From assembly GCA_051652765.1 (NCBI GenBank), contig JBOFUV010000010.1:1-15123 (forward strand): a stretch of 15,123 bases of DNA. Reading direction: 5' to 3'. This stretch comes from Microcoleaceae cyanobacterium (GTDB lineage: Bacteria > Cyanobacteriota > Cyanobacteriia > Cyanobacteriales > Microcoleaceae). A program made the translations under genes and the position numbers. The notes under the pieces were generated by a model. That model did not search any database, was not told the origin of the DNA, and was given only the letters and a program-made list of their open reading frames with translations. Numbering within the stretch: the stretch's first letter is position 1; every line of letters starts with the position of its first letter. Below, piece after piece: positions 12,828 to 15,123 of the stretch.

Positions 12828-15123
12828 ATGTCTTTTAACTCTGAAAATATCAATGGTGTTCTGGGAGATATCCAGCAAATTTCCCAAGAATTGTTAACCA
12901 CAACTGCTAGTGATGAACTAGCATTTTCCACCCTCATTAGCACTGTCTTTAGGGATAGCGATAACCCTGCAATAGTAGAGCAACTGCGGCAGGCTTGGGC
13001 CAGTGGAGACTTCAGTCAGTTACCAACGATTGACATTCGCTCGGCCCAAGAAATTAATGGCGGGGCGGGAGCTTATGCAGCCTCGACGAACACGATTTAT
13101 CTGTCTCAAGAATATCTGCTCCAGAACATTAATACTCCTCAAGTTGTTGCTGAAGTCTTGCTCGAAGAAATTGGTCACTTTGTAGATGCTCAGATTAACT
13201 CAGTAGACTCCCAGGGAGATGAAGGCGAGTACTTCTCAGCTCTAGTTCGGGGTGTTACTCCCAGTAGCGGGCAACTTCAAGTCCTGCAAGCCGAAAATGA
13301 CGCTGCTACTGTTTTACTCGATGGAACCTGGACTCAGCTCGAAAATGCGGTTCTGAGTTTTTCTGGAGATATTCAGCAGCTTGCCTCTCTGGGAAATTTT
13401 TGGTGGAATGAGGCAACACAACCTGCCCCGACTTATTCAGAACATCGTGCCCCTAGAGCTAATGTCTTACAATTTTTTGAGGAAAGTCAAAATGTCTTAC
13501 TGTCAGAAGATATCGAAATTAGCTTCGTCAATGATTGGGACAATCTGACTAATTTAAACACACTCCCAGCAGGCATTACCGTTGACAGTCATTATGTCTA
13601 TCTGAATCGGCCCATAGGTCAGGGAAATACGATTGAAGTCACAGCAACTCTCACCTTTGATGCACCGATTGTTGGGGTCATGGGAGATCCATCTCTGATC
13701 AATCCCAGCAATAGTTGGTTTGTTCCCTATACAGCCAGACCTATTTCTCCTCGTGGCACCCTGGACATGACAGACAATGGTTTGGATGTTGTTGAGATTA
13801 ATGGGAATACATTGACGGTAACTTTCAAGAATACGTCAGCCATGGATCCGTTGCGGGTAATCACCTCGGATGGAATGCCAACGCCAACACCAACACCTGA
13901 CCCAACCCCGACCCCAACTCCAGTTCCAACTCCTACCCCCACTCCTGAACCCAGTCTGCCAATTCGCATCGAAGCAGAGAGTCTGGCCTTGTCAACAGGT
14001 TACAGGGTGGCGACTGGAGCTTTTGCATCGGCTGGCCAGTATATTGGCCTAAATGATAATCTCGTTGCCGAAGGTGAGTCGCGAACTGCAACGACCACGT
14101 TTACTGGAGATGCTGGAGTATACGAGGTCACCATTAGCTACTTTGATGAAAATGATGGGGTTTCCGATGCAGCGTTCACCCTGAATGGCAATCCGGTTGA
14201 GACCTGGCAATTTGATGCAGCGTTGCCAGGAAGTCGCCCTGCAGCAAATACCCAAACGACTCGTACCTTAACCCAGTTGGTTACGCTTGCTCCAGGAGAT
14301 ACAATTGGGCTTCAAGGCAGTAGAAACGCAGATGAACTGGCTCGCTTCGATTACATTGAGTTGGTATTGCAGCCCGATCAAAACCAGGCTCCCACAGCCA
14401 TCGCCCTCAGCAACAACACCGTTAACGAAAACGCAGTCGAAGCTGTCATCGGCAACTTAACTGTTACTGATGTGGATGACACCAGCTTTACCTACAGTGT
14501 TAGCGATGCCCGGTTTGAAGTGGTAGATAACGCGCTGAAACTCAAAGCAGGTCAGTTCCTAAATTACGAAACTGAACCTAGTGTTCTAGTAACTGTTACG
14601 GCAACTGATTCAGGTTCTTTGAGTACCACTCAAGAATTCACTGTTACTGTCAACAACGTTAATGAAGCACCCACAGCCATCGCTCTCAGCAACAACACCG
14701 TTGACGAAAACGCAGTCGAAGCAATCATCGGCAACTTAACTGTTACTGATGTGGATGACACCAGCTTTACCTACAGTGTGAGCGATGCCCGGTTTGAAGT
14801 GGTAGATAACGCGCTGAAACTCAAAGCAGGTCAGTTCCTAAATTACGAAACTGAACCTAGTGTTCTAGTAACTGTTACGGCAACTGATTCAGGTGATTTG
14901 AGTACCACTCAAGAATTCACTGTTACTGTCAACAACGTTAATGAAGTACCCACAGCCATCGCCCTCAGCAACAACACCGTTAACGAAAACGCAGTCGAAG
15001 CAATCATCGGCAACTTAACTGTTACGGATGTGGATGATACCAGCTTTACCTACAGTGTTAGCGATGCTCGGTTTGAAGTGGTAGATAACGCACTGAAACT
15101 CAAAGCAGGTCAGTTCCTGAATT
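12828..15123 (+). CDS. Large secreted or surface adhesin-like protein (partial, at least 765 aa): EEIGH N-terminal domain, unknown beta-rich domain, Pro/Thr linker, CBM6/35-like domain, cadherin-like repeats
   Basis: Translated by hand: TAAGGA RBS, MSFNSENING..., GAYAASTNTIYLS, VLLEEIGHFVD...DSQGDEGEYF, PTPTPTPDPTPTP, IRIEAE...ARFDYIEL, then APTAIALSNNTVNEN...LNYETEPSVLVTVTATDSG...NNVNEAP repeats. No stop before the window end, so it is missing from the ORF track. Confidence 0.9.
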   Translation, partial: MSFNSENINGVLGDIQQISQELLTTTASDELAFSTLISTVFRDSDNPAIVEQLRQAWASGDFSQLPTIDIRSAQEINGGAGAYAASTNTIYLSQEYLLQNINTPQVVAEVLLEEIGHFVDAQINSVDSQGDEGEYFSALVRGVTPSSGQLQVLQAENDAATVLLDGTWTQLENAVLSFSGDIQQLASLGNFWWNEATQPAPTYSEHRAPRANVLQFFEESQNVLLSEDIEISFVNDWDNLTNLNTLPAGITVDSHYVYLNRPIGQGNTIEVTATLTFDAPIVGVMGDPSLINPSNSWFVPYTARPISPRGTLDMTDNGLDVVEINGNTLTVTFKNTSAMDPLRVITSDGMPTPTPTPDPTPTPTPVPTPTPTPEPSLPIRIEAESLALSTGYRVATGAFASAGQYIGLNDNLVAEGESRTATTTFTGDAGVYEVTISYFDENDGVSDAAFTLNGNPVETWQFDAALPGSRPAANTQTTRTLTQLVTLAPGDTIGLQGSRNADELARFDYIELVLQPDQNQAPTAIALSNNTVNENAVEAVIGNLTVTDVDDTSFTYSVSDARFEVVDNALKLKAGQFLNYETEPSVLVTVTATDSGSLSTTQEFTVTVNNVNEAPTAIALSNNTVDENAVEAIIGNLTVTDVDDTSFTYSVSDARFEVVDNALKLKAGQFLNYETEPSVLVTVTATDSGDLSTTQEFTVTVNNVNEVPTAIALSNNTVNENAVEAIIGNLTVTDVDDTSFTYSVSDARFEVVDNALKLKAGQFLN
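14391..15123 (+). repeat. Intragenic tandem repeat, 279-bp unit (93 aa, cadherin-like), at least 2.6 copies
   Basis: CCCACAGCCATCGC recurs at 14391, 14670 and 14949; units are nearly identical. Confidence 0.96.

Noticed and set aside
264..14255. Short antisense and alternative-frame ORFs in the track (e.g. 264-485, 304-555, 928-1158, 2443-2723, 6213-6829, 9324-9844, 13727-14255)
   Set aside because: They lie within well-supported genes and show no recognisable motifs; the GVGVG ORF is the antisense of the Pro/Thr linker.

Overview
Cyanobacterial-looking DNA (the HIP1 octamer GCGATCGC occurs 14 times by my count, 11 of them in the first 5.4 kb). Bases 1-5700 hold a decayed type I restriction-modification locus (5'-truncated hsdM, single-TRD hsdS, no hsdR in the window) packed with toxin-antitoxin and nuclease cassettes: Uma2, three MNT antitoxins, two HEPN toxins, a DUF2281-PIN pair and a Phd fragment. 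The cassettes are separated by a recurring 84-138 bp unit that joins the START of hsdS (RBS + MSDLPMGW) through a HIP1 site to an hsdM-like END; a second copy of the hsdS 3' end follows the PIN cassette. Several breakpoints fall on HIP1 sites and the scars stay open and translationally coupled, which suggests an integrase-free cassette array built from RM-gene ends (inference). At the left edge, most of an integron attC-like hairpin is fused directly into hsdM. The rest is cell-surface material: a 1036-aa RTX/Ig/PPC/subtilase protein, a convergent GT2 glycosyltransferase plus a GH-A-like glycan enzyme, a ~1 kb divergent promoter region, and a large adhesin-like gene (absent from the ORF track) with a CBM-like domain and 279-bp cadherin-like repeats running off the right end. 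All calls are by eye; no searches were run.
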